A DNA stretch of 63,797 bases, the filler included, from Octopus bimaculoides (lineage: Eukaryota): assembly GCF_001194135.2 (NCBI RefSeq). It is 7 parts of 7 records of this genome, joined end to end, with 100 filler letters (N's around TTAATTAATTAA, not from the genome) between each part and the next. Parts side by side here need not be neighbours in the genome. Positions count along the whole stretch, not along the records: positions 1 to 19,655 come from NC_068990.1; 6 more parts are not named here. One strand, written 5' to 3'. Position 1 is the stretch's first letter, and each line of letters starts with the position of its first letter. Positions 1-13,974 of this stretch are shown here, piece after piece. The notes beneath the pieces were generated by a model that was not told the origin of the DNA, searched no databases, and saw only the letters and a list, made by a program, of their open reading frames with translations. The position numbers and the translations under genes are program-made.

Positions 1-330
1 GCCTGACTGGCTCCCGTAGGATTTTCGAGCGAGATCGTTGCCAGTGCCCCTGGACTGGCTCTTGTGCGGGTGGCACATAAAAGACACCATTTTGAGCATG
101 GCCATTGCCAGTACCGCCTGACTGGCCCTCGTGCAGGTGACACGTAAAAGCACCCACTACACTCTCTGAGTGGTTGGCGTTAGGAAGGGCATCCAGCTAT
201 AGAAACTCTGCCAAATTAGATTGGAGCCTGGTGTTGCCATCCGGTTTCACCAGTCCTCAGTCAAATCGTCCAACCTATGCTAGCATGGAAAGTGGACGTT
301 AAACGATGATGATGATGATGATGATGATGA
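1..330 (+). mobile_element. 3' tail of abundant RTE-LINE-associated repeat ending in (GAT)n
   Basis: Internal degenerate repeats (gccagtgcc..ctgactgg, ggcacataaaagcacc) then gttggcgttaggaagggcatccag...gttaaacgatgatgat. The same tail follows RT-coding sequence at ~8300-8570 and ~20600-21060. Confidence 0.7.
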
Positions 331-364
331 ACTGAAGGCTATGACAGTATTCACCAACTTAAAC

Positions 365-572
365 AAGGAGACCGTCCAGAAGAGTTGCAGGAAATTACAA
401 AGTTTTTTGGATGCTGCGGTTGAAGCTAAGGCAATTTTATTGAATAAATTTACTCTTTAGTATTTCAAGATATTTTTATGTAATTTTGGTAAATATATCT
501 GTTAAAATGAGATGTCAGTGTTGTTTTCATTTATGCGTAATTTTGACGACGATTTATTCACCGCACCCTGTA
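365..572 (+). mobile_element. Tc1/mariner transposon 3' end fragment
   Basis: Translates as QKSCRKLQSFLDAAVEAK(fs)GNFIE*, resembling a Tc1-family transposase C-terminus. Ends in a TIR-like ccgcaccctg followed by TA. Confidence 0.5.
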
Positions 573-3147
573 TATATCAAAATGCTAAGTAACATCTATT
601 TTTATTGATGTTTTACCATCTAAACAAAACTGCTAAATGCTGTTTCACTCCTGACTATCTTCAAAGAAGCACTTCAAAACCAGCAGGTAGAAAATTCAAA
701 TAAACAAAACTGAAATTGAGATTCTATCAGTGATGATGGGAAGGTTAATTGGTGGATAACTGATTGTAAATTACTTGGCCAAACTTTGCCTTTAGCTGTT
801 TGTTGATCTTAAAAAGCAAATCACATAGCCTGCATGCTTTAATCTACTGAACAAAATTTGCTGTAACTCCTACTTTATTTTCTGTACATAGCAGCCACCT
901 GCTTAAATACATCAAACTGAAAAGAAAAAGAAAATTTTTGAAAAAACCTCAGTTTATGCATGAAAGAAAAATGTTATATAATTGTTTCAAATAAAGGCTT
1001 AGAAAGAATTTAATGCATTTATGCACATCTTATAGACTAGTGTTGCAGTTTTTATGTGAAGAACATGACTTACAAATAATAGTTTCACTGTTTAGCTGAA
1101 CCTCTTACTTGAAGGCAGTTACACGTATCTAATTATTTGCATATATTGAATTATAATTCTCAAAAGGATTGACATAGAAATTCAAGACGATGCCGTATAT
1201 GATTGCTTTTATTTCCTTATTTCCAATTATTGGTTTATAAACTAAGGCATTCTTCAGTTTGTTCTGTTTCTTGTTCATAGTTAAGGTTAAACTAGTACAT
1301 TTAGTTACTTTAAATTAATTCATTTTGCTTCTAGTTAAGTATAGAGTGAAACTGTTGAAGTTATTCATTCCTTCTATAGCCCAGCTGATGTGACTTCAAA
1401 GCTTTGCAACTATCACAGTAAAAATTAACTTAGATAAACTTCAGTAAACTACTTATTTTGCTTAGACCAACTGTCATCACCATAGGGAAGAATAATGTGA
1501 TAATCATAGAAATTGTACACCTTTTATGGTTCACATGTACTCAAATTATATAGAGTACATTTCTACACTTGACAACTTCCACATTGAAAAGGCAGCTTAG
1601 CAAGAGCTAAGTGATGGCTCTTGCTAGCCTTACTTTTAAGAACACATAACCATAATGGTTGTAATCGTGGTGTGATTTCTAAGGTGGAAAAATCAGTCTC
1701 TGTACACTGACTTCAAAGTCATTCACATTACAAAAGATAAATCTCAACAAAAAGTCTCTTGGCCAGCTGAGATGCTACTTTGGTCTGTTCAGTATAGAGT
1801 TGTTTGTCAGATGGAAAAGACTTTAGAAATGTGCTGTAAATGATTGAGGACATGTGACTCAAAAAAAATTATATACAATTTCTACAATAATCTCATCAAA
1901 CTTCCCTGTAAAATTATGTCTTCACCAAAATATAGAGATAATTCAAAGAATACAAGAGAAGTTGTTTAAAACATTTTCGAAATAGGAAGATAAAATTACT
2001 ACCTTTGCTGTTGACAATGCGAATGATGTTGTTATTGTAGTCGTTGTTGTTATTGATGATGATGATGCATAATGATGATCTTTTGTAATGAAATTCTTAA
2101 AGGTTGAGAAAACATTCTATGCTGTCATATAATATGTAGATTGAACTGTGTATTTAAATTTATCATCTTTATTCTGTTTTCACCTCACACGCAGTGTTTA
2201 GTGTTTTGGGTATTATTTAAATGTCAGCAAATATATGTATATATGTAACCAATCAGAACTAATATCCAGAAGAACTAAAGAAAATAAAACTTTTCTCTTC
2301 TTTTAATTTATCATATTATGTTTTTCCAGTTTTGTTTGAGCAGCAATTTATCAATCAGTTATTTATTCATTTTTCTTTTATTGGAAATGTCAGAAAAAAA
2401 TTACAAAGAGGACAGAACATTTTGGCTATTATCGTTGTAATTATTTCTTACATAGAAATGGAAACCTAATATTTCAAGGAAGTTGGAAATAGCAGGTTGT
2501 GGCCTTTATGCCTTTCTCTGAGCATTAGTAATGCAGTCTAAATGAAATGGCTCTAATGGAAATCAAATCTAGAAAATGGAGTTGGTTTGTGGAGAACATA
2601 TCTTCTCAACAATATTTACCTAGAGGCATCATAATATAATATTAAATTGATGTCATATTTTTCTTATTGCTGAATTTAATATGTTCCTCACCCAACAAAG
2701 TACATTAGCTTCTAGCAACCATAACATTTGTGTTTTAACTTCCTGTCTGCACTTTGTTTTATTCAAACACATTTCACATTTGCATTTCACTAGTTTTCTT
2801 TCTCCTACCTTGAAACAAAATTGTTTATTGTTTAGTGACTTCTATTTAATTATTTCTTCACCCTTTTTAAGTTCATTCTTGGAGGCTCTTTTGTTTAATC
2901 TAAACTTATTTTGTTAGATATTGTGAAAGCAATCTAATCAAGTTCTTTGTTTAATTGAATCATACTGATCTTTATTTTACACATATAAATAACAACTCTA
3001 CACATAAATATATTCTAACATAACATGCAAAAACAAAATCTTAAGAGATATTTGCATTTATTTCTTACACTCGGTTCTACATCCAGCTATAATTTTATCA
3101 ATATTTTAAAAATAAATTGTTGTATGTGTGTGTGTGTGTGTGTGTGC

Positions 3148-3194
<47 letters not shown>

Positions 3195-6100
3195 AATTTT
3201 CATTTCATAACTTTACAGTTTAAAAATACAAAATTGAATTTTTAAAATTAGAATTTACAAATTAATTTCTAAAATGAATTTGCTCAACAAAACAAGTAAA
3301 TTCAAATTGAAAACCAAACCTTTTCAAGATTTTTTTAAATTCATAATCTCTATCAACTCATCAATTTACAGGAAACTAGAGAACTAAATATTGTAACAAA
3401 GTGAATAAATATTGAAGAAATATGAGAATTTAAATGAATGGGATTAAGAAAGGCAATGAAAATTAGTTTCATTCACATTTTAATCAGTGTATTAGACTCC
3501 TTCCAGCTAACTCCAGCATGACCATAATTATTCAAGTTTTAATTATGTTGAGAAATAAAAAAAAAATTAAAAAAAACTAAAGAATTAAATCCTTTCTTAA
3601 ATAAGAATTAAAATTTCATAAAAGCCATGATTTATAAGTCATATTTTTATATAACATATATGAAAATGGTATTGACTAATACTATTTAAATATAGAACAA
3701 AAACTACGCTACCAATTAACTGAGTCTACAAATTAAATCCAATCTTTGGTTCAAACAAATGGTTTCACCACTGAAACCCTTGAAAGAGGCATAAACAATA
3801 CACAATCTTGTCAGTTCTTCTTTTATATACAGACCAGAAATCTTGTGCCTATGTAACAAACTGATGTTAGCATTGATAAAGGAAAGTACAATGTGACATG
3901 CACAGATAATGTCAGTAACACAAAAACTTATTCTTTAGAAAAACTACATATAAAAGTTATATGCATGTGTGTGCATGCATGAATGTGTGTGTATGCTTGC
4001 CTGCATATGTGTACATGAGTGAGTGTGTGCATTTGTGCACAATAAAAATAAAGATAATCTTATATTATGGACAGTGTACTTCATCCTAAACTTATAGGTA
4101 CGTATTCATGCAGTTTACTTTACACAGTATTTTCTAGCCTCATGTTACCTGTTTTATAGCTGGGTCTCTTCATGAGAAAAAAAATTTTCTATCTCCTCAG
4201 TCTATTGAAAAATTTACCAACTCTGTTTGAAAGTTAAACGTTAGAGAATCTTTCAGTTTCTATCACTTCTTCCAAACAGAATTTACTCACACCTGTTAAA
4301 TGATTAGAACACATTTCTCAATTAGAAGAATTCATGTTCATAAGATGCCTCTTCCAAGTAAGGAATGTAAGCTGACAATTGGCTCACATTACTACATGTG
4401 GCATTTTGACACTTCTTGTGCAATTCTTTGAAATAGGATTTGCTAAATTTGCTTATGATTATTAGAAAAAGTTTACAGAAAAATTAATTTTTAAAATATG
4501 CCTGAGCACATAAACGCTATTGTATTTCTGTATTAGTAATGTTTATATGTAATTTTTGACAACAGAATGTGTATATAACAATAAACATAGTGTACTTATC
4601 TTTCCTGCAGCAGCTCAAAGACAATTAATAAACATAACTTTCAGGTTATACAAGTTTGGCCACCTTTGTTAAATCTTCTAAAGAGATTATCTGTCATTTA
4701 TTTCTAATTTATGTAGAATATTTTTCATTCTTTCAGGTAAATGTTTATTGTAAATAGGAAAATCTTAAATTATAAATTGTAATTTTCAGTGAAAAGCTTA
4801 AATTATAGCAATTTCCAATTCTGAAATATTCTGGCTTAAATCAGAATATTGCAGTGTTAGAAAAGTTTAAATAGTATTAAAACTCCAAACTTACTTTTAA
4901 TTCAGGTGAATAGGGTTATTAGGGTTATATAAAAACTAGTCAGAGAAAAGGGGAAGGGCTCTTGATTTATTCAGATCCTACCAGACTACAATGACCCTCC
5001 CAGAAAGTTATTTTGAAACTTAGTGTCAACTTTAAATCTTTGACTTATCAATTAAAAAATTTAATGGTAAAATAAAGAAATAGAATTTAAATGAAAGATT
5101 TCACAAAGGACAATAATAGGTTTTCGTATTTTTGATTCTCTGAGAAATTTTGTTTTATCTAAAGATAAATATATATAACTTAAGAATTAGAAGTTTCCTC
5201 TCAAATCATTCCAACATTACTTTAACGCAGGCATGACTTAGTTTCTTATGCCCCATTCAGTCTTCTTTCTCTGTATCAATAATCTGTTTGCAGCTACTTC
5301 TAACACATTCTCAACAATAACTTTTGAAATAGACATCATCTCCCATGCAACCTAATCATATTACAACAGAAATATTCCTCTAGAAATGACTATTTTAAAG
5401 TTCCTCAAACAGGTACTTGACAATCTGTTTTCATTTAACAACTCCAAAACACAAACACTACATAAATCAAGGAAACAATCTTACAGAATTATACCCTGAA
5501 CTAAAACATTTAACTTACAGCACATGCTTGGCACCAAATTCTCTGATGGTTTCTCATATAATTATAACAAAGCTATTGTTATATTTTGGGAAGGTCATTT
5601 TTTTTTTCTGGCCAAATAAACACACACACTATATATTCATTCTTCAGTCATTCTTGTTTTATCTTATATCCATTGTCAGAAAGGGTTAAACAGAAGAGGA
5701 GGAGGCACATGGGATGGAAGAGTCACTGAAGAGATCACATGTGTATGACAAAAGATCTCCAGACAATGAACATATGATAAAATAAGAACAATAATAAATG
5801 AGTGAAGAATGAATATATAGTGCGTGTGTTTATTTAGCAAGAAAAAAAATAATAAGTGACCATCTCAAAATATAACAATATCTGTTTCAACACATGATTT
5901 CACAATAGGAACCTTGCAAAACAAATTCATAAACATATAACAAAGCTGAATGTACATTTAATGTCAGGTGTTCTCTTCACAAATTACTTCAGATCTGAGC
6001 GAATATGAGAGCCTTTATGTGAATGCTACCTGCTAGAAATAGCAGTTGTTTTAAAAAAGAAAGGAGCAGGTACAAAAACACATTAATTAGTTCTGGGCAC

Positions 6101-6689
6101 ACTATACCTAAAAAACTGAGTTGGAATACCTTTTAAGCGTGATAAAATAAGGGTAGACATGAGATTTACAACAACACTCTGAGCAACAACTGACACTTTA
6201 TAAAGCATAAATGCACTCTCAAATAGAGTAATGCTTCAAACACAGACATTCTAGATTGTTCTAAACTTGTTACTTGTTCAAATATGCTTGAGACATATAT
6301 AGAAGCTTGTTAATATGTTTTCTAGATTGGTAATGCACACACTCTTTTTGCCACAACTCACAATATATTTTATATCATCTGTGGCCCACTCAGTGTTGAC
6401 TAAATAAAACTAGAAATCAATGTTCAAACAGAAATTTAATTGGAAACTGTAATGAAATAAACAAAAAACGAATGCAGCAAATAGCATATGCAGGTTCAAT
6501 GACTTCCTTGTTCTTATCTTGTAATCAGAACCTCAGTTAATTTTCATAATGTGAATACTACCATCTCTTAAATGTACAAATTTTAATATGGTTTAATTTC
6601 CAGCAGCATAGCTCTCAGAAACATTGAACTATGCAAGCCTACTAACATAACAAGGAATGGCTGTCAATCATGGTATAACTGTAATGCTG

Positions 6690-7000
6690 CATGGTATTGA
6701 GACATGGGACTTTAATGTAGAGGACTTGAGAAGACAGAAAAGAAATGAAACAAGCATGCTCTGTTGGATGTGCAATGTATATGTACATGAATGAAATATC
6801 AAAAATGCATTGAGACAAAAACTGGGCAGATGTAGTGTACAAGAAAGTCATGTGATGTGCGTGGATGAGAATGATTGGATAAAGAAGTGCTAATTACTTA
6901 ACATGGATGGAACTGGCAGAAGGAGACCCAAGAAGATATGGGACAAAGTGTTTAAAGGTCAATCTCAGGACCTTGGAGCTCACTAAGGATTTGATAAGGG
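6690..7000 (+). mobile_element. Degenerate RTE LINE 3' coding fragment
   Basis: HGIETWDFNVEDLRRQKRNETSMLCWMCN-like reading, homologous to the better preserved copies at 7.6-8.3 kb and 21.2-21.6 kb. Confidence 0.65.
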
Positions 7001-7528
7001 ACCATGATGAGTGGTGATATCAGGTTCTTAATAAGACCCGCTGGCACAGTTCTGGAAATGTTGTGCACATGGATTTGTATATATGCACAGCTGGACCCTT
7101 TGTCCAAGTTCCTCTCCAAGACAGCCCCATCAGCAGCTTTTCCCTCATACCAGTAATCTTTCTCATTATCTGGAATGATTTTGTTTTTATATATCATCAT
7201 CATCACTTAACGTCTACTGTCCGTGCTGGCATGGGTTGGATAGTTTGACCAGAGCTGGCCAGCTGAGGAGCTGCACCAAACTCTAGTCTAATTTGGCATG
7301 GTTTCTATGGTTGGATGCCCTTCCCAATGCCAACCACTCTACAGAGTGTGCTGGGTGTTTTTATGTGGCACCACTACAAGTACTTTACACCAGAAAGACT
7401 GGTCTTAACACTTCCACTGCAGATGTATGTATGTATGTATGTATGTATGTATATATATATATATGTATATATATAGTGGATTTTCATCGATGAGTTCTTG
7501 AAAATTGGTTATTTTCCCTAAAACTATA

Positions 7529-7560
<32 letters not shown>

Positions 7561-7609
7561 CATACACATACATAAATCCATACATACATAAGTACATACA
7601 TATATATAT

Positions 7610-8570
7610 ATATACCTGGTGTAAACTATGGACACATAAGAGGTGCAGTAATATGAATGGAAGGTTAACTAGGAAGATACTTTCCATGTGTGGAAGATGG
7701 TCAGGTACAATAAACACTGAAAATGTACAGGAAACAGATTCCATCATATGCCAGGGGGAAAAACTAGAAGTAGTTGATAACTTCTATTACCTAGATGGCC
7801 ATGTCAATAGCAGGGGTGGATACTCTGAGAGCATAGTTGCTAGAATAAGAATAGGCTGGGCAAAGTTCAGAGAGCTCCTACCTCTGCTGGTAACAAAGAG
7901 CCTCTTGTTGAGTGAAATGTATACTTTGTGATGTCTGTGTGCAAACAGCCATGCTATACAGCAGTGAAACATGGGCTGTGACTGCTGAGGACATGTTTAG
8001 GCTTGAAAGAAATGAAGCTAGTATGCTCCGCTAGACGTGTAATATCAGTGTTCATACATGACAGAGTGTAAGCGCCCTGACAAAAAAGTTGGATATAAGA
8101 AGCATCAGATGTGGTGTGCAAGAGAGACCACTGCACTGGTATGGTCATGTGATACGTATGGATGAGGACAGTTGTGTGAAGAAGTGTCACACACTAACAG
8201 CGGAGGAAACCTGTGGAAGAGGTAGACCCGGAAGACATGGGATGAGGTGGTGAAGCATGAGCTTTGAACGTTGGGCCTCATAGAGGCAGTGACAAGCAGC
8301 CAAGACCTTTCAAGATATGCCGTGCTTAAGAAGTCCCGTTAAGCCAAGTGAGATCATAGCTATGGCCAATGCCAGTGTCATATAACCTGCCCATTTAAAA
8401 GTACCCTTACATCATCAGACAATATGCCGTGCTTGTAAAGACCTGTTGAACCAAGTGAAATTGTAGTTATGGCCAATGCCAGTGCCACCTGACTGGCATG
8501 TAAAAAGCACCATTTGAGTGTGGCCGATGCCAGTGCCACCTGACTGGCACATAAAAAGCACCATTCATCA
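7610..8570 (+). mobile_element. RTE-clade LINE, 5'-truncated 3' portion with tail
   Basis: GEKLEVVDNFYYL...RIRIGWAKFRELLPLLVTK, SETWAVTAEDM, LHWYGHVIRMDEDSCVKKC and GRGRP motifs with frameshifts, followed by the repeat tail. Confidence 0.85.
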
Positions 8571-8951
8571 TAATCATCATCACTTTTTTTCATCAACATT
8601 ATCATTAAATGTTTCTTTTCCATGTTGGCATGCACTGGACAGTTTGACAAGAGCCATACCAGGCTTCATAGTCTATTTCAGCATGGTTTCTAAAGCTGGA
8701 TGTCCTTCCTAATGTCAACCATTTTACAGAGTGTACTGGGTGTTTTTTTCCATAGCACCATCACCAGTGCTTTTCAGATGGCGCCAGCACCAACTGAGTC
8801 ACCAAGTACCTTGCAAAACAAAAGCCATCATCTTGGACTGGAGGAAGGGGGTAGTATAGAGTGGGTGTGGCTTTGTGCCAGTTGAAAGATTTAAGATAAA
8901 GAAGGAACAGATATAAGTATCTTGCTGTAGAGTTGCTACATAGATAATTGC

Positions 8952-9241
8952 TGTAGTGAAAATGGTATACAACTTCCCATGTGACAAAGTGGTATGATAG
9001 AGCCACTATAAAGACAGATGGTCAGTCATTGTAGGATAGTTAGTAGTAGTAGAGTCATTGTACGAGTTCTCAGTTGAAGTCAGTGTCAGTTATGTGATAC
9101 ATATGAGTTCGAGTTACTGTCAAGGCAAACGTTTCAAAGTTATTGTCTTGCAGAGCTGTCAGTGATAGCACAATAGACAAGTCAAAGATAATAAGATGTA
9201 GAATGCTACTGCGGCATAATAGTGGTGACAAGAACATTACA
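8952..9241. mobile_element. Possible solo LTR
   Basis: TGTAGTG...CATTACA termini (6/7 inverted match). Flanks TTGC/GTGC match at 3/4. No coding evidence. Confidence 0.3.
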
Positions 9242-10329
9242 GTGCCGACAGCAACATACAAGTGGACAAGGATTCACATTATAACAATAACCCAGTTAGA
9301 AAAGAAACGAGTGTGAGTTAGAGAGCATACAAAGAGAATGATAGTGAAAGAAATGACGGTGACGATTCATTGCCTTCAATATATATAGGATCTATTTCAA
9401 AACGGGGGCACCAGTATTTTCTTAACGAAACACTAACAAAACACTTTGAAACTTGGGACACTGGTAGAATGTGTCATATAAAACATCTTTTACTCTTAGT
9501 CTTCTTAACAAAAAAAACGTACNNNNNNNNNNNNNNNNNNNNNNNNNNNNNNNNNNNNNNNNNNNNNNNNNNNNNNNNNNNNNNNNNNNNNNNNNNNNNN
9601 NNNNNNNNNNNNNNNNNNNNNNNNNNNNNNNNNNNNNNNNNNNNNNNNNNNNNNNNNNNNNNNNNNNNNNNNNNNNNNNNNNNNNNNNNNNNNNNNNNNN
9701 NNNNNNNNNNNNNNNNNNNNNNNNNNNNNNNNNNNNNNNNNNNNNNNNNNNNNNNNNNNNNNNNNNNNNNNNNNNNNNNNNNNNNNNNNNNNNNNNNNNN
9801 NNNNNNNNNNNNNNNNNNNNNNNNNNNNNNNNNNNNNNNNNNNNNNNNNNNNNNNNNNNNNNNNNNNNNNNNNNNNNNNNNNNNNNNNNNNNNNNNNNNN
9901 NNNNNNNNNNNNNNNNNNNNNNNNNNNNNNNNNNNNNNNNNNNNNNNNNNNNNNNNNNNNNNNNNNNNNNNNNNNNNNNNNNNNNNNNNNNNNNNNNNNN
10001 NNNNNNNNNNNNNNNNNNNNNNNNNNNNNNNNNNNNNNNNNNNNNNNNNNNNNNNNNNNNNNNNNNNNNNNNNNNNNNNNNNNNNNNNNNNNNNNNNNNN
10101 NNNNNNNNNNNNNNNNNNNNNNNNNNNNNNNNNNNNNNNNNNNNNNNNNNNNNNNNNNNNNNNNNNNNNNNNNNNNNNNNNNNNNNNNNNNNNNNNNNNN
10201 NNNNNNNNNNNNNNNNNNNNNNNNNATATATATATATATATACATACATACACACACATATATATACGCATATATATATACAGGTTATGAGTGGTAGCGG
10301 TGTCAATTAGACCCAGAGGTTTCAGGTAA

Positions 10330-10945
10330 TGCTGAGTAAGTACTATGGATACACCATAGTTAAGCTCCAGGTTCGGTGATTATGCAAATAAGGGGTCCAA
10401 CATAGGTCATATATCAGCGTGTTTATATAAAGGTTTACTTTTCGTAATGAGATAAAAAAAACCAAGGCTGTTTTTATTTTAGAAAATTTATTAATAGAAG
10501 GTCTTACAGCTGTTTCCAGGATATTTATTATATCCCTTCATCGGAGACGGTGTGAGAGGATGGTTAAGCAATAGTTANNNNNNNNNNACGGTGTGAGAGG
10601 ATGGTTAAGCAATAGTTAATTTAGATAAGATAGGAAATAGAGAGTGAATTGGAGGAATGAAAATAGATGTGAGATATGCACGGATATTGTATTTGTAAAT
10701 TCATTGTTTAGGTAGAATGGTATACATATAAGATTCCAATACCTTGTGAGTAAAATCCAATAGTCCTTAAAATTGGTCATTGCATTTGTAAATCCATCAT
10801 TAAGATTCCAATACCCTATGAGTAAAATCCAACAGTCTTTGAAATTGGTCATTCCAAATACAGAGTTTATACACAGTGTTAGTGAATCAAGGGTTCTGTT
10901 TAAAGTGACCTAAAAGTAGGGAATGTATTAGTAAGGTCAAATAGA
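10330..10945 (-). mobile_element. Penelope-like element inverted partial copy / pseudo-LTR
   Basis: ~10820-10942 is the reverse complement of ~11312-11427, the 5' end of the adjacent Penelope-like ORF region. It contains a hammerhead motif and an internal tandem duplication. Confidence 0.55.
10501..10548 (-). ncRNA. Minimal type I hammerhead ribozyme motif
   Basis: The minus strand reads GUCU-CCGAUGA-AGGGAUAU-AAUAA-AUAUCCUG-GAAA-CAGCUG-UA-AGAC. This gives stem I GUCU/AGAC, a stem II hairpin, the GAAA core, palindromic stem III CAGCUG and a GUA cleavage triplet. Deviations: CCGAUGA instead of CUGAUGA, and an A-G opposition at the base of stem II. Confidence 0.65.
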
Positions 10946-11311
10946 AAACATACATTCTCACATGTTTTTTCTTCTACTACTAGTACTGACCTGACCAACC
11001 ATCTAAATTCCTTTCTCTACCCCATCATTTAGAAACCATCACTGCAATTGACACTCCTTAAAGCTTTATATCTCTCTCTCCATAACCCCCCCACATTCCT
11101 TCTATCTTTCTACACTTCAATGCCTTTCTCTCTCTATCACCCTTATATTCTGGTTCCTACTTTCTTATTATATTCACTGACCACTATCTGGTACACTTTC
11201 CCTTATCTCTATTTTTGTATTCCTTTTCCCTTTCTTTATTCCTTTTATTATTTTCTTCTCTTTCTCTGCCCTTTGTTTTTCTCTTTCTTTATTCCCCTCT
11301 CCCTGTTTTCG

Positions 11312-13390
11312 ATTTGACCTTACTAATACATTCCCTACTTTTAGGTCACTTGAAACAGAACCCTTGATTCAATAGCACTGTAGTTGGAATGACCAATTTC
11401 AAAGACTGTTTGGATTTTACTCATAGGAGGAGGAGGAGGAGGAGACACCAATTAGATTTTTCAGCTAAGGACATCACAATTCTAATGTGAAAGTATGTAT
11501 ATGAAACATATGTTAGCGATATTGAAGCTTTTTATAAAAATATTGAGGATATATATACATATTTTTTGGTAACAAAGAGCCTGAATGCTATAAAGACAAT
11601 AAATTTGATTCCAGATCATGTAAAAATTTATTGTATAATAAAGATATAACAAAGTTTAAAGATGACTTTTTAAGTATCTTAAAAGAATCAAATTCTGTAA
11701 AGTATACAACAGCTTTCAAAGTAAGTTAAATGAATATTTAATGTCACTACATAAATCAAACAAGTCGATGTTTCCAATTATTAAACAAGGAATTTATATT
11801 AAGTAGTTGTTAACACGTATAAATGGCCTTTATCAAACAATATAACAAACATTTAGAGGAGGTCTAGAAACAAAGCTTATAAGTCTATTAATCTAAGTCA
11901 AAGAGCCAGCAACAAAGCTAAAGATAGATGATAGAGTAGAATGCCTGGCACCTTAGACCCATTTTATAATACATAAAGACCATTCTTTAAACTTTGAGAA
12001 TACCCTTAAGTGTAGATTAATTAACCCAGTTAAGTTATAGTTAGTTATAATTAGCAACAAAGAAAAAATTTAGAGAAAATATTTTTCAGAGTAAAAGAAG
12101 TTTCCTTTATAAAGGTTATGGTGGAACACAATTGAAGTACAAGAATGGCTTTGTGGCATAAAAGAGAAGGAAAACTATAAATTTATACAGATCAATATAG
12201 CAGACTTCTTTATCCCTTAATAATCAAACTTTTATTAATGAAGAACCTGGATTTTATGAAAACTATTATTGATATTAATGAATTTGATGTTAGTGTGTTT
12301 CGATAATAAAACATGGGTTAAATGAAAAGCAGGGATGAGTTCCTTGATATTTCTATGGGAACATATCATAGTCCTCAGGTGAGTGAGAATATACAGCCAT
12401 GTCATTAGTGTGTTTGTTGGCTGGTCTGTGGTGATGACTGGTTGAGTTCATGAATGAAAATGTGTTTCTTGAGCTGCATGAAGAAATAACTGACTACAGC
12501 TGCAAACATTTAACAGGAGATTTTATTATTGCACATAAAGTTAAACTATGTTAGTCTTTTACAAATAACAACAGCTATAATTACACACCAGGGGAGACAT
12601 ACTGCTCACAGTTTTATGGCAACATGTGGATGACCCAACATAACTGGAAACAATTGTACTATATTCGCGGTGATGGAGATTCCTGTCATCTATCTGCTGT
12701 CTGGCTTAACTATCTTCCTGGGTCATCAGGCTGTGACAATACTAGAGACATATCCCACTGTTGCCTCAACATTCTGCAATTACCACCAAAAGTGACCTTT
12801 TTATAGGGCATAAAGAGAAGATTCTGGAAGATTGAATCACACAATGGCTTCATGCCAATTGGTTGCTTAAAAGAGTGAACATGTGAAACTACTGTGGCTC
12901 AGTTATGATGCATGACTGGTTACCAAGCAGTTCAGTTTCAAATCACTGCTACAGCTATGTATTCAAGATTTATTGAGAAAAAAATTAACTTGAATGAAAT
13001 ATAGTTAATATCATGATGATGGTCTAATTCTTCTGAGAAATTGTAATAGTCATAAGTTGGTTAGACTAATGGCTGAGACCGAGAAATAATTATTTTAGAC
13101 TATGCCACAAACGAAATGAGAAATTAATGTACCACAAGCCAAATGAGAAATTGGTATACATACTTAGGTAGTCAAATCACCTACCCAGCATCTTCAGAAA
13201 TTTAGTAGACATTGTTACTAAACAAATATTCTCAATATCTCCCAATGAAGATAAATTTATACAGGCTGTTTGGCAAGAAAATAAGCAACAGCAACAGAGT
13301 CTCCTCTACAAAAAAGAAACAAAAGATATGAGGAAAACACTGAATGCAAGAAGCATAGGAACAATGAAAGGAATGTTATTGTATGACCCT
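11312..13390 (+). mobile_element. Penelope-like retroelement RT, heavily degenerate
   Basis: Disrupted motifs in PLE order: CRLINP (~12010), FYP-like (~12210), ISMGTYHS (SMG motif, ~12355), HDDGL (YRDDGL-like, ~13012), SNHLPSI (~13175), RNV (~13372). Many stops and frameshifts. Confidence 0.65.
12403..12949. mobile_element. Unclassified ~550-nt insertion interrupting the Penelope-like RT
   Basis: Flanked by TACAGCCATGT (12392-12402) and TACAGCTATGT (12950-12960). RT similarity stops and resumes at these points. Confidence 0.4.
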
Positions 13391-13974
13391 GTATTTAATT
13401 AGACAGAATTGATATAGCTAAAGAATTCTTTGATTTAATAGGGTAAAATTATCAACATAAATATAGTAAGATATTGAACAGGGACTAGTATAAGGTTAGT
13501 GATTTATCTTGAAAGAATTTTGTTTGTTATATCAGAAGTTATAATGTGCTGTGATTAGAGAAAAATTTGCTGGTATTTCTAGTGGGTTGATATTCCATGT
13601 AGTGGTTCATTTATTAGCTCAATGAGAACATAGTAAAAGAATTAGTATTACTGAGGAAGAGAGGAAGGAAGTGAGAGAGAGGGGAGAGAGAGAGGTGGGG
13701 AATTAAATGGTGTATTGCTGTTGCAATCAAAAAACAATCATTACTTTGTGAATTGTCATGTAACCAGTAAGAGATAGTAAATGGTAGTGTTGTTCTCATA
13801 TTATTGGGATAACATGGCAGCTGGTTAATTACATCCTACACCTTACAATATATGTCATAAATTATCAAGTAATTAATCCTATGCAATGATAAATTTAAGA
13901 AAACAAATTTAATATTACATAATATGTGATATTTTGTTGATATTATTTAAATCAATAAATCATCTAGACTATAT

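Noticed and set aside
330-6690. Possible host exons (e.g. ~2457-2500, ~4654-4737, ~4330-4430 on minus)
   Set aside because: Splice-like signals exist, but the peptides are unrecognisable and no consistent phase chain could be built.
9370-10310. Long ORFs spanning N-runs (also at 16.5-17.9, 32.0-32.5, 34.8-35.4 and 59.0-60.1 kb)
   Set aside because: They are open only because N codons are not stops.
10547-10617. Short direct repeats flanking 10-N gaps (also 21293-21383 and 49180-49323)
   Set aside because: Typical overlapping contig ends, i.e. assembly artefacts.
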